Of a stretch of 64,000 bases of DNA, positions 13,601 to 31,600 are shown piece after piece. The notes beneath the pieces were generated by a model, which had not been told where the DNA came from, did no database searches, and worked only from the letters and a program-made list of their open reading frames with translations. The position numbers and the translations under genes were made by a program. This DNA comes from Nemertoderma westbladi (taxonomy: Eukaryota; Animalia; Xenacoelomorpha). The stretch covers positions 1-64,000 of the forward strand of contig JAUCBJ010008264.1 in assembly GCA_032718475.1 (NCBI GenBank). Reading direction: 5' to 3'. How positions within the stretch are numbered: position 1 is the stretch's first letter; every line of letters starts with the position of its first letter.

Positions 13601-16600
13601 TTACATTATACCACTACCTACCCTTACATTATACCACTACCTACCCTTACATTATACCACTACCTACCCTTACATTATACCACCACCTACCCTTACATTA
13701 TACCACTACCTACCCTTACATTATACCACTACCTACCCTTACATTATACCACCACCTACACTTACATTATACCACTACCTACCCTTACATTATACCACTA
13801 CCTACCCTTACATTATACCACTACCTACCCTTACATTATACCACCACCTACACTTACATTATACCACTACCTACCCTTACATTATACCACTACCTACCCT
13901 TACATTATACCACCACCTACCCTTACATTATACCACTCTACCCTTACATTATACCACCACCTACACTTACATTATACCACTACCTACCCTTACATTATAC
14001 CACTACCTACCCTTACATTATACCACTACCTACCCTTACATTATACCACCACCTACCCTTACATTATACCACTACCTACCCTTACATTATACCACTACCT
14101 ACCCTTACATTATACCACTACCTACCCTTACATTATACCACCACCTACACTTACATTATACCACTCTACCCTTACATTATACCACCACCTACACTTACAT
14201 TATACCACTACCTACCCTTACATTATACCACTCCTACCCTTACATTATACCACTACATACCCTTACATTATACCACTACCTACCCTTACATTATACCACT
14301 CTACCCTTACATTATACGACTACCTACACTCTACATTATACCACCACCTACCCTTACATTATACCACTACCTACCCTTACATTATACCACTACCTACCCT
14401 TACATTATACCACTCTACCCTTACATTATACCACTACATACACTTACATTATACCACTACCTACCCTTACATTATACCACCACCTACCCTTACATTATAC
14501 CACTACCTACCGTTACATTATACCACTACCTACCCTTACATTATACCACTACCTACCCTTACATTATACAACTACCTACCCTTACATTATACCACTCTAC
14601 CCTTACATTATACCACTACCTACCCTTACATTATACCACTACCTACCCTTACATTATACCACCACCTACGCTTACATTATACCACTACCTACCCTTACAT
14701 TATACCACTACCTACCCTTACATTATACCACTACCTACCCTTACATTATACCACTACCTACCCTTACATTATACCACTACCTACCCTTACATTATACCAC
14801 CACCTACCCTTACATTATACCACTACCTACCCTTACATTATACCACCACCTACACTTACATTATACCACTACCTACCCTTACATTATACCACTCTACCCT
14901 TACATTATAACACTACCTACCCTTACATTATACCACTACCTACCCTTACATTATACCACCACCTACCCTTACATTATACCACTACCTACCCTTACATTAT
15001 ACCACTACCTACCCTTACATTATACCACCACCTACCCTTACATTATACCACTACCTACCCTTACATTATACCACTACCTACCCTTACATTATACCACTAC
15101 CTACCCTTACATTATACCACCACCTACCCTTACATTATACCACTACCTACCCTTACATTATACCACTACCTACCCTTACATTATACCACTACCTACCCTT
15201 ACATTATCCACCACCTACCTACACCACCTACCCTACATTATACCACTACCTACCCTTACATTATACCACTACCTACCCTTACATTATACCACCACCTACC
15301 CTTACATTATACCACTACCTACCCTTACATTATACCACCACCTACCCTTACATTATACCACCACCTACCCTTACATTATACCACTACCTACCCTTACATT
15401 ATACCACTACCTACCCTTACATTATACCACTCCTACCCTTACATTATACCACTACCTACCCTTACATTATACCACTACCTACCCTTACATTATACCACCA
15501 CCTACCCTTACATTATACCACTACCTACCCTTACATTATACCACCACCTACCCTTACATTATACCACTACCTACCCTTACATTATACCACTCTACCCTTA
15601 CATTATACCACTACCTACCCTTACATTATACCACTACCTACCCTTACATTATACCACCACCTACACTTACATTATACCACTACCTACCCTTACATTATAC
15701 CACCACCTACCCTTACATTATACCACTACCTACCCTTACATTATACCACTCTACCCTTACATTATACCACTACCTACCCTTACATTATACCACTACCTAC
15801 CCTTACATTATACCACCACCTACCCTTACATTATACCACTACCTACCCTTACATTATACCACCACCTACACTTACATTATACCACTACCTACCCTTACAT
15901 TATACCACTCTACCCTTACATTATACCACCACCTACCCTTACATTATACCACTACCTACCCTTACATTATACCACTACCTACCCTTACATTATACCACCA
16001 CCTACCCTTACATTATACCACTACCTACCCTTACATTATACCACTACCTACCCTTACATTATACCACTCTACCCTTACATTATAACACTACCTACCCTTA
16101 CATTATACCACTACCTACCCTTACATTATACCACTACCTACCCTTACATTATACCACTACCTACCCTTACATTATACCACTACCTACCCTTACATTATAC
16201 CACCACCTACACTTACATTATACCACTACCTACCCTTACATTATAACACTACCTACCCTTACATTATACCACTACCTACCCTTACATTATACCACCACCT
16301 ACCCTTACATTATACCACTACCTACCCTTACATTATACCACTACCTACCCTTACATTATACCACCACCTACCCTTACATTATACCACTACCTACCCTTAC
16401 ATTATAACACTACCTACCCTTACATTATACCACTACCTACCCTTACATTATACCACCACCTACCCTTACATTATACCACCACCTACCCTTACATTATAAC
16501 ACTACCTACCCTTACATTATACCACTCTACCCTTACATTATACCACTACATACCCTTACATTATACCACTAACTACCCTTACATTATACCACTACCTACC

Positions 16601-19600
16601 CTTACATTATACCACTCTACCCTTACATTATACGACTACCTACTGTACCTCTCACATTATACCACCACCTACCCTTACATTATACCACTACCTACCCTTA
16701 CATTATACCACTACCTACCCTTACATTATACCACTCTACCCTTACATTATACCACTACATACACTTACATTATACCACTACCTACCCTTACATTATACCA
16801 CCACCTACCCTTACATTATACCACTACCTACCGTTACATTATACCACTACCTACCCTTACATTATACCACTACCTACCCTTACATTATACCACTACCTAC
16901 CCTTACATTATACCACTACCTACCCTTACATTATACCATTACCTACCCTTACATTATACCACTACCTACCCTTACATTATACCATTACCTACCCTTACAT
17001 TATACCACTCTACCCTTACATTATACCACTACCTACCCTTACATTATACCACTACCTACCCTTACATTATACCACTACCTACCCTTACATTATACCACTA
17101 CCTACCCTTACATTATACCACCACCTACCCTTACATTATACCACTACCTACCCTTACATTATACCACTACCTACCCTTACATTATACCACCACCTACCCT
17201 TACATTATACCACTACCTACCCTTACATTATACCACTACCTACCCTTACATTATACCACTACCTACCGTTACATTATACCACTACCTACCCTTACATTAT
17301 ACCACCACCAGACTAACCACTCCTGCACTGGATAGAAACCACTACATACCCTTACATTATACCACCACCAGACTAACCACTCCTGCACTGGAAAGGAACC
17401 ACTACATACCCTTACATTATACCACTACCTACCCTTACATTATACCACTACCTACCCTTACATTATACCACCACCAGACTAACCACTCCTGCACTGGATA
17501 GGAACCACTACATACACTTACATTATATACCCTTACATTATACCACTACCTACCCTTACATTATATCACCACCAGACTAACCACTCCTGTACTGGATAGG
17601 AACCACTACATACCCTTACATTATACCACTACCTACCCTTACATTATACCACCACCTACCCTTACATTATACCAATACATACCCTTACATTATACCACCA
17701 CCTACACTTACATTATACCACTACCTACCCTTACATTATACCACTCTACCCTTACATTATACCACTACCTACCGTTACATTATACCACTACCTACCCTTA
17801 CATTATACCACCACCAGACTAACCACTCCTGCACTGGATAGAAACCACTACATACCCTTACATTATACAACCACCAGACTAACCACTCCTGCACTGGAAA
17901 GGAACCACTACATACCCTTACATTATGCCACTACCTACCCTTACATTATACCACTACCTACACTTACATTATACCACCACCTACCCTTACATTATACCAC
18001 TACCTACCCTTACATTATACCACCACCTACCCTTACATTATACCACCACCAGACTAACCACTCCTGCACTGGAAAGGAACCACTACATACCCTTACATTA
18101 TGCCACTACCTACCCTTGCATTATACCACTACCTACCCTTACATTATACCACCACCTACCCTTACATTATACCACTACCTACCCTTACATTATACCACCA
18201 CCTACACTTACATTATACCACTACCTACCCTTACATTATACCACTACCTACCCTTACATTATACCACTACCTACCATTACATTATACCACTACCTACCCT
18301 TACATTATACCACCACCAGACTAACCACTCCTGTACTGGATAGGAACCACTACATACACTTACATTATATACCCTTACATTATACCACTACCTACCCTTA
18401 CATTATATCACCACCAGACTAACCACTCCTGTACTGGATAGGAACTACTACATACCCTTACATTATACCACTACCTACCCTTACATTATACCACTACCTA
18501 CCGTTACATTATACCACTACCTACCCTTACATTATACCACCACCAGACTAACCACTCCTGCACTGGATAGAAACCACTACATACCCTTACATTATACCAC
18601 CACCAGACTAACCACTCCTGCACTGGAAAGGAACCACTACATACCCTTACATTATACCACTACCTACCCTTACATTATACCACTACCTACCCTTACATTA
18701 TACCACCACCAGACTAACCACTCCTGCACTGGATAGGAACCACTACATACACTTACATTATATACCCTTACATTATACCACTACCTACCCTTACATTATA
18801 TCACCACCAGACTAACCACTCCTGTACTGGATAGGAACCACTACATACACTTACATTATACCACTACCTACCCTTACATTATACCACCACCTACCCTTAC
18901 ATTATACCAATACATACCCTTACATTATACCACCACCTACACTTACATTATACCACTACCTACCCTTACATTATACCACTACCTACCCTTACATTATACC
19001 ACTACCTACCGTTACATTATACCACTACCTACCCTTACATTATACCACCACCAGACTAACCACTCCTGCACTGGATAGAAACCACTACATACCCTTACAT
19101 TATACCACCACCAGACTAACCACTCCTGCACTGGAAAGGAACCACTACATACCCTTACATTATACCACTACCTACCCTTACATTATACCACTACCTACCC
19201 TTACATTATACCACCACCAGACTAACCACTCCTGCACTGGATAGGAACCACTACATACACTTACATTATATACCCTTACATTATACCACTACCTACCCTT
19301 ACATTATATCACCACCAGACTAACCACTCCTGTACTGGATAGGAACCACTACATACCCTTACATTATACCACTACCTACCCTTACATTATACCACCACCT
19401 ACCCTTACATTATACCAATACATACCCTTACATTATACCACCACCTACACTTACATTATACCACTACCTACCCTTACATTATACCACTCTACCCTTACAT
19501 TATACCACTACCTACCGTTACATTATACCACTACCTACCCTTACATTATACCACCACCAGACTAACCACTCCTGCACTGGATAGAAACCACTACATACCC

Positions 19601-22600
19601 TTACATTATACCACCACCAGACTAACCACTCCTGCACTGGAAAGGAACAACTACATACCCTTACATTATACCACTACCTACCCTTACATTATACCACTAC
19701 CTACCCTTACATTATACCACCACCAGACTAACCACTCCTGCACTGGATAGGAACCACTACATACACTTACATTATATACCCTTACATTATACCACTACCT
19801 ACCCTTACATTATACCACCACCAGACTAACCACTCCTGCACTGGATAGAAACCACTACATACCCTTACATTATACCACCACCAGACTAACCACTCCTGCA
19901 CTGGATAGAAACCACTACATACCCTTACATTATACCACCACCAGACTAACCACTCCTGCACTGGAAAGGAACCACTACATACCCTTACATTATGCCACTA
20001 CCTACCCTTACATTATACCACTACCTACACTTACATTATACCACCACCTACCCTTACATTATACCACTACCTACCCTTACATTATACCACCACCTACCCT
20101 TACATTATACCACCACCAGACTAACCACTCCTGCACTGGAAAGGAACCACTACATACCCTTACATTATGCCACTACCTACCCTTGCATTATACCACTACC
20201 TACCCTTACATTATACCACCACCTACCCTTACATTATACCACTACCTACCCTTACATTATACCACCACCTACACTTACATTATACCACTACCTACCCTTA
20301 CATTATACCACTACCTACCCTTACATTATACCACTACCTACCATTACATTATACCACTACCTACCCTTACATTATACCACCACCAGACTAACCACTCCTG
20401 TACTGGATAGGAACCACTACATACACTTACATTATATACCCTTACATTATACCACTACCTACCCTTACATTATATCACCACCAGACTAACCACTCCTGTA
20501 CTGGATAGGAACCACTACATACCCTTACATTATACCACTACCTACCCTTACATTATACCACTACCTACCGTTACATTATACCACTACCTACCCTTACATT
20601 ATACCACCACCAGACTAACCACTCCTGCACTGGATAGAAACCACTACATACCCTTACATTATACCACCACCAGACTAACCACTCCTGCACTGGAAAGGAA
20701 CCACTACATACCCTTACATTATACCACTACCTACCCTTACATTACACCACTACCTACCCTTACATTATACCACCACCAGACTAACCACTCCTGCACTGGA
20801 TAGGAACCACTACATACACTTACATTATATACCCTTACATTATACCACTACCTACCCTTACATTATATCACCACCAGACTAACCACTCCTGTACTGGATA
20901 GGAACCACTACATACCTTTACATTATACCATTACATACCCTTACATTATACCACTACCTACCCTTACATTATACCACTGCCTACCCTTACATTATACCAC
21001 CACCAGACTAACCACTCCTGCACTGGATAGAAACCACTACATACCCTTACATTATACCACCACCAGACTAACCACTCCTGCACTGGAAAGGAACCACTAC
21101 ATACCCTTACATTATACCACTACCTACCCTTACATTATACCACTACCTACCCTTACATTATACCACTACCTACCGTTACATTATACCACTACCTACCCTT
21201 ACATTATACCACTACCTACCCTTACATTATACCACTACCTACCCTTACATTACACCACTACCTACCCTTACATTATACCACCACCAGACTAACCACTCCT
21301 GCACTGGATAGAAACCACTACATACCCTTACATTATACCACCACCAGACTAACCACTCCTGCACTGGAAAGGAACCACTACATACCCTTACATTATACCA
21401 CTACCTACCCTTACATTATACCACTACCTACCCTTACATTATACCACCACCAGACTAACCACTCCTGCACTGGATAGGAACCACTACATACACTTACATT
21501 ATATACCCTTACATTATACCACTACCTACCCTTACATTATATCACCACCAGACTAACCACTCCTGTACTGGATAGGAACCACTACATACCCTTACATTAT
21601 ACCACTACCTACCCTTACATTATACCACTACCTACCCTTACATTATACCACTACCTACCCTTACATTATACCACCACCAGACTAACCACTCCTGCACTGG
21701 ATAGAAACCACTACATACCCTTACATTATACCACCACCAGACTAACCACTCCTGCACTGGAAAGGAACCACTACATACCCTTACATTATACCACTACCTA
21801 CCCTTACATTATACCACTACCTACCCTTACATTATACCACCACCAGACTAACCACTCCTGCACTGGATAGGAACCACTACATACACTTACATTATATACC
21901 CTTACATTATACCACTACCTACCCTTACATTATATCACCACCAGACTAACCACTCCTGTACTGGATAGGAACCACTACATACCCTTACATTATACCACTA
22001 CCTACCCTTACATTATACCACTACCTACCCTTACATTATACCACTACCTACCCTTACATTATACCACCACCAGACTAACCACTCCTGTACTGGATAGGAA
22101 CCACTACATACCCTTACATTATACCACTACCTACCCTTACATTATACCACTACCTACCCTTACATTATACCACTACCTACCCTTACATTATACCACTCTA
22201 CCCTTACATTATACCACTACCTACCCTTACATTATACCACTACCTACCCTTACATTATACCAATACATACCCTTACATTATACCACCACCTACACTTACA
22301 TTATACCACTACCTACACTTACATTATACCACTACCTACCCTTACATTATACCACTACCTACCCTTACATTATACCACTACCTACCCTTACATTATACCA
22401 ATACATACCCTTACATTATACCACTACCTACCCTTACATTATACCACTACCTACCCTTACATTATACCACTACCTACCCTTACATTATACCACCACCTAC
22501 ACTTACATTATACCACTACCTACACTTACATTATACCACTACATACCCTTACATTATACCACTACCTACCCTTACATTATACCACTACCTACCCTTACAT

Positions 22601-25600
22601 TATACCACTACCTACCCTTACATTATACCACTCTACCCTTACATTATACCACTACCTACCCTTACATTATACCACTACCTACCCTTACATTATACCAATA
22701 CATACCCTTACATTATACCACCACCTACACTTACATTATACCACTACCTACACTTACATTATACCACTACCTACCCTTACATTATACCACTACCTACCCT
22801 TACATTATACCACTACCTACCCTTACATTATACCACTCTACCCTTACATTATACCACTACCTACCCTTACATTATACCACTACCTACCCTTACATTATAC
22901 CAATACATACCCTTACATTATACCACCACCTACACTTACATTATACCACTACCTACACTTACATTATACCACTACCTACCCTTACATTATACCACTACCT
23001 ACTCTTACATTATACCACTACCTACCCTTACATTATACCAATACATACCCTTACATTATACCACCACCTACACTTACATTATACCACTACCTACACTTAC
23101 ATTATACCACTACCTACCCTTACATTATACCACTACCTACCCTTACATTATACCACCACCAGACTAACCACTCCTGTACTGGATAGGAACCACTACCTAC
23201 CCTTACATTATACCACTACCTACCCTTACATTATACCACTACCTACCCTTACATTATACCAATACATACCCTTACATTATACCACCACCTACACTTACAT
23301 TATACCACTACCTACACTTACATTATACCACTACCTACCCTTACATTATACCACTACCTACCCTTACATTATACCACTACCTACCCTTACATTATACCAA
23401 TACATACCCTTACATTATACCACCACCTACACTTACATTATTCCACTACCTACACTTACATTATACCACTACCTACCCTTACATTATACCATTACCTACC
23501 CTTACATTATACCACTACCTACCCTTACATTATACCAATACATACCCTTACATTATACCACCACCTACACTTACATTATACCACTACCTACACTTACATT
23601 ATACCACTACCTACCCTTACATTATACCACTACCTACCCTTACATTATACCACTACCTACCCTTACATTATACCACTACCTACCCTTACATTATACCACC
23701 ACCTACCCTTACATTATACCACTACCTACCGTTACATTATACCACTACCTACCCTTACATTATACCACTACCTACCCTTACATTATACCACCACCTACCC
23801 TTACATTATACCACTACCTACCCTTACATTATACCACTACCTACCCTTACATTATACCACTCTACCCTTACATTATACCACTACCTACCCTTACATTATA
23901 CCACTACCTACCCTTACATTATACCAATACATACCCTTACATTATACCACCACCTACACTTACATTATACCACTACCTACACTTACATTATACCACTACC
24001 TACCCTTACATTATACCACTACCTACCCTTACATTATACCACTACCTACCCTTACATTATACCACTATACCCTTACATTATACCACTACCTACCCTTACA
24101 TTATACCACTACCTACCCTTACATTATACCAATACATACCCTTACATTATACCACCACCTACACTTACATTATACCACTACCTACACTTACATTATACCA
24201 CTACCTACCCTTACATTATACCACTACCTACTCTTACATTATACCACTACCTACCCTTACATTATACCAATACATACCCTTACATTATACCACCACCTAC
24301 ACTTACATTATACCACTACCTACACTTACATTATACCACTACCTACCCTTACATTATACCACTACCTACCCTTACATTATACCACCACCAGACTAACCAC
24401 TCCTGTACTGGATAGGAACCACTACCTACCCTTACATTATACCACTACCTACCCTTACATTATACCACTACCTACCCTTACATTATACCAATACATACCC
24501 TTACATTATACCACCACCTACACTTACATTATACCACTACCTACACTTACATTATACCACTACCTACCCTTACATTATACCACTACCTACCCTTACATTA
24601 TACCACTACCTACCCTTACATTATACCAATACATACCCTTACATTATACCACCACCTACACTTACATTATACCACTACCTACACTTACATTATACCACTA
24701 CCTACCCTTACATTATACCACTACCTACCCTTACATTATACCACTACCTACCCTTACATTATACCAATACATACCCTTACATTATACCACCACCTACACT
24801 TACATTATACCACTACCTACACTTACATTATACCACTACCTACCCTTACATTATACCACTACCTACCCTTACATTATACCACTACCTACCCTTACATTAT
24901 ACCACTACCTACCCTTACATTATACCACCACCTACCCTTACATTATACCACTACCTACCGTTACATTATACCACTACCTACCCTTACATTATACCACTAC
25001 CTACCCTTACATTATACCACCACCTACCCTTACATTATACCACCACCTACCCTTACATTATAACACTACCTACCCTTACATTATACCACTCTACCCTTAC
25101 ATTATACCACTACATACCCTTACATTATACCACTAACTACCCTTACATTATACCACTACCTACCCTTACATTATACCACTCTACCCTTACATTATACGAC
25201 TACCTACTGTACCTCTCACATTATACCACCACCTACACTTACATTATACCACTACCTACCCTTACATTATACCACTACCTACCCTTACATTATACCACTC
25301 TACCCTTACATTATACCACTACATACACTTACATTATACCACTACCTACCCTTACATTATACCACCACCTACCCTTACATTATACCACTACCTACCGTTA
25401 CATTATACCACTACCTACCCTTACATTATACCACTACCTACCCTTACATTATACCACTACCTACCCTTACATTATACCACTACCTACCCTTACATTATAC
25501 CATTACCTACCCTTACATTATACCACTACCTACCCTTACATTATACCATTACCTACCCTTACATTATACCACTCTACCCTTACATTATACCACTACCTAC

Positions 25601-28600
25601 CCTTACATTATACCACTACCTACCCTTACATTATACCACTACCTACCCTTACATTATACCACTACCTACCCTTACATTATACCACCACCTACCCTTACAT
25701 TATACCACTACCTACCCTTACATTATACCACTACCTACCCTTACATTATACCACCACCTACCCTTACATTATACCACTACCTACCCTTACATTATACCAC
25801 TACCTACCCTTACATTATACCACTACCTACCGTTACATTATACCACTACCTACCCTTACATTATACCACCACCAGACTAACCACTCCTGCACTGGATAGA
25901 AACCACTACATACCCTTACATTATACCACCACCAGACTAACCACTCCTGCACTGGAAAGGAACCACTACATACCCTTACATTATACCACTACCTACCCTT
26001 ACATTATACCACTACCTACCCTTAAATTATACCACCACCAGACTAACCACTCCTGCACTGGATAGGAACCACTACATACACTTACATTATATACCCTTAC
26101 ATTATACCACTACCTACCCTTACATTATATCACCACCAGACTAACCACTCCTGTACTGGATAGGAACCACTACATACCCTTACATTATACCACTACCTAC
26201 CCTTACATTATACCACCACCTACCCTTACATTATACCAATACATACCCTTACATTATACCACCACCTACACTTACATTATACCACTACCTACCCTTACAT
26301 TATACCACTCTACCCTTACATTATACCACTACCTACCGTTACATTATACCACTACCTACCCTTACATTATACCACCACCAGACTAACCACTCCTGCACTG
26401 GATAGAAACCACTACATACCCTTACATTATACCACCACCAGACTAACCACTCCTGCACTGGAAAGGAACCACTACATACCCTTACATTATACCACTACCT
26501 ACCCTTACATTATACCACTACCTACCCTTAAATTATACCACCACCAGACTAACCACTCCTGCACTGGAAAGGAACCACTACATACCCTTACATTATGCCA
26601 CTACCTACCCTTGCATTATACCACTACCTACCCTTACATTATACCACCACCTACCCTTACATTATACCACTACCTACCCTTACATTATACCACCACCTAC
26701 ACTTACATTATACCACTACCTACCCTTACATTATACCACTACCTACCCTTACATTATACCACTACCTACCATTACATTATACCACTACCTACCCTTACAT
26801 TATACCACCACCAGACTAACCACTCCTGTACTGGATAGGAACCACTACATACACTTACATTATATACCCTTACATTATACCACTACCTACCCTTACATTA
26901 TATCACCACCAGACTAACCACTCCTGTACTGGATAGGAACCACTACATACCCTTACATTATACCACTACCTACCCTTACATTATACCACTACCTACCGTT
27001 ACATTATACCACTACCTACCCTTACATTATACCACCACCAGACTAACCACTCCTGCACTGGATAGAAACCACTACATACCCTTACATTATACCACCACCA
27101 GACTAACCACTCCTGCACTGGAAAGGAACCACTACATACCCTTACATTATACCACTACCTACCCTTACATTACACCACTACCTACCCTTACATTATACCA
27201 CCACCAGACTAACCACTCCTGCACTGGATAGGAACCACTACATACACTTACATTATATACCCTTACATTATACCACTACCTACCCTTACATTATATCACC
27301 ACCAGACTAACCACTCCTGTACTGGATAGGAACCACTACATACCTTTACATTATACCATTACCTACCCTTACATTATACCACTACCTACCCTTACATTAT
27401 ACCACTGCCTACCCTTACATTATACCACCACCAGACTAACCACTCCTGCACTGGATAGAAACCACTACATACCCTTACATTATACCACCACCAGACTAAC
27501 CACTCCTGCACTGGAAAGGAACCACTACATACCCTTACATTATACCACTACCTACCCTTACATTATACCACTACCTACCCTTACATTATACCACTACCTA
27601 CCGTTACATTATACCACTACCTACCCTTACATTATACCACTACCTACCCTTACATTATACCACTACCTACCCTTACATTACACCACTACCTACCCTTACA
27701 TTATACCACCACCAGACTAACCACTCCTGCACTGGATAGAAACCACTACATACCCTTACATTATACCACCACCAGACTAACCACTCCTGCACTGGAAAGG
27801 AACCACTACATACCCTTACATTATACCACTACCTACCCTTACATTATACCACTACCTACCCTTACATTATACCACCACCAGACTAACCACTCCTGCACTG
27901 GATAGGAACCACTACATACACTTACATTATATACCCTTACATTATACCACTACCTACCCTTACATTATATCACCACCAGACTAACCACTCCTGTACTGGA
28001 TAGGAACCACTACATACCCTTACATTATACCACTACCTACCCTTACATTATACCACTACCTACCCTTACATTATACCACTACCTACCCTTACATTATACC
28101 ACCACCAGACTAACCACTCCTGCACTGGATAGAAACCACTACATACCCTTACATTATACCACCACCAGACTAACCACTCCTGCACTGGAAAGGAACCACT
28201 ACATACCCTTACATTATACCACTACCTACCCTTACATTATACCACTACCTACCCTTACATTATACCACCACCAGACTAACCACTCCTGCACTGGATAGGA
28301 ACCACTACATACACTTACATTATATACCCTTACATTATACCACTACCTACCCTTACATTATATCACCACCAGACTAACCACTCCTGTACTGGATAGGAAC
28401 CACTACATACCCTTACATTATACCACTACCTACCCTTACATTATACCACTACCTACCCTTACATTATACCACTACCTACCCTTACATTATACCACCACCA
28501 GACTAACCACTCCTGTACTGGATAGGAACCACTACATACCCTTACATTATACCACTACCTACCCTTACATTATACCACTACCTACCCTTACATTATACCA

Positions 28601-31600
28601 CTACCTACCCTTACATTATACCACTCTACCCTTACATTATACCACTACCTACCCTTACATTATACCACTACCTACCCTTACATTATACCAATACATACCC
28701 TTACATTATACCACCACCTACACTTACATTATACCACTACCTACACTTACATTATACCACTACCTACCCTTACATTATACCACTACCTACCCTTACATTA
28801 TACCACTACCTACCCTTACATTATACCAATACATACCCTTACATTATACCACTACCTACCCTTACATTATACCACTACCTACCCTTACATTATACCACTA
28901 CCTACCCTTACATTATACCACCACCTACACTTACATTATACCACTACCTACACTTACATTATACCACTACATACCCTTACATTATACCACTACCTACCCT
29001 TACATTATACCACTACCTACCCTTACATTATACCACTACCTACCCTTACATTATACCACTCTACCCTTACATTATACCACTACCTACCCTTACATTATAC
29101 CACTACCTACCCTTACATTATACCAATACATACCCTTACATTATACCACCACCTACACTTACATTATACCACTACCTACACTTACATTATACCACTACCT
29201 ACCCTTACATTATACCACTACCTACCCTTACATTATACCACTACCTACCCTTACATTATACCACTCTACCCTTACATTATACCACTACCTACCCTTACAT
29301 TATACCACTACCTACCCTTACATTATACCAATACATACCCTTACATTATACCACCACCTACACTTACATTATACCACTACCTACACTTACATTATACCAC
29401 TACCTACCCTTACATTATACCACTACCTACTCTTACATTATACCACTACCTACCCTTACATTATACCAATACATACCCTTACATTATACCACCACCTACA
29501 CTTACATTATACCACTACCTACACTTACATTATACCACTACCTACCCTTACATTATACCACTACCTACCCTTACATTATACCACCACCAGACTAACCACT
29601 CCTGTACTGGATAGGAACCACTACCTACCCTTACATTATACCACTACCTACCCTTACATTATACCACTACCTACCCTTACATTATACCAATACATACCCT
29701 TACATTATACCACCACCTACACTTACATTATACCACTACCTACACTTACATTATACCACTACCTACCCTTACATTATACCACTACCTACCCTTACATTAT
29801 ACCACTACCTACCCTTACATTATACCAATACATACCCTTACATTATACCACCACCTACACTTACATTATTCCACTACCTACACTTACATTATACCACTAC
29901 CTACCCTTACATTATACCATTACCTACCCTTACATTATACCACTACCTACCCTTACATTATACCAATACATACCCTTACATTATACCACCACCTACACTT
30001 ACATTATACCACTACCTACACTTACATTATACCACTACCTACCCTTACATTATACCACTACCTACCCTTACATTATACCACTACCTACCCTTACATTATA
30101 CCACTACCTACCCTTACATTATACCACCACCTACCCTTACATTATACCACTACCTACCGTTACATTATACCACTACCTACCCTTACATTATACCACTACC
30201 TACCCTTACATTATACCACCACCTACCCTTACATTATACCACTACCTACCCTTACATTATACCACTACCTACCCTTACATTATACCACTCTACCCTTACA
30301 TTATACCACTACCTACCCTTACATTATACCACTACCTACCCTTACATTATACCAATACATACCCTTACATTATACCACCACCTACACTTACATTATACCA
30401 CTACCTACACTTACATTATACCACTACCTACCCTTACATTATACCACTACCTACCCTTACATTATACCACTACCTACCCTTACATTATACCACTATACCC
30501 TTACATTATACCACTACCTACCCTTACATTATACCACTACCTACCCTTACATTATACCAATACATACCCTTACATTATACCACCACCTACACTTACATTA
30601 TACCACTACCTACACTTACATTATACCACTACCTACCCTTACATTATACCACTACCTACTCTTACATTATACCACTACCTACCCTTACATTATACCAATA
30701 CATACCCTTACATTATACCACCACCTACACTTACATTATACCACTACCTACACTTACATTATACCACTACCTACCCTTACATTATACCACTACCTACCCT
30801 TACATTATACCACCACCAGACTAACCACTCCTGTACTGGATAGGAACCACTACCTACCCTTACATTATACCACTACCTACCCTTACATTATACCACTACC
30901 TACCCTTACATTATACCAATACATACCCTTACATTATACCACCACCTACACTTACATTATACCACTACCTACACTTACATTATACCACTACCTACCCTTA
31001 CATTATACCACTACCTACCCTTACATTATACCACTACCTACCCTTACATTATACCAATACATACCCTTACATTATACCACCACCTACACTTACATTATAC
31101 CACTACCTACACTTACATTATACCACTACCTACCCTTACATTATACCACTACCTACCCTTACATTATACCACTACCTACCCTTACATTATACCAATACAT
31201 ACCCTTACATTATACCACCACCTACACTTACATTATACCACTACCTACACTTACATTATACCACTACCTACCCTTACATTATACCACTACCTACCCTTAC
31301 ATTATACCACTACCTACCCTTACATTATACCACTACCTACCCTTACATTATACCACCACCTACCCTTACATTATACCACTACCTACCGTTACATTATACC
31401 ACTACCTACCCTTACATTATACCACTACCTACCCTTACATTATACCACCACCTACCCTTACATTATACCACCACCTACCCTTACATTATAACACTACCTA
31501 CCCTTACATTATACCACTCTACCCTTACATTATACCACTACATACCCTTACATTATACCACTAACTACCCTTACATTATACCACTACCTACCCTTACATT

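Noticed and set aside
17308-17340. Branch-point-like ACTAAC followed by TAG in the 60-bp unit
   Set aside because: Lies on the antisense strand of the gene and there is no evidence of a plus-strand transcript
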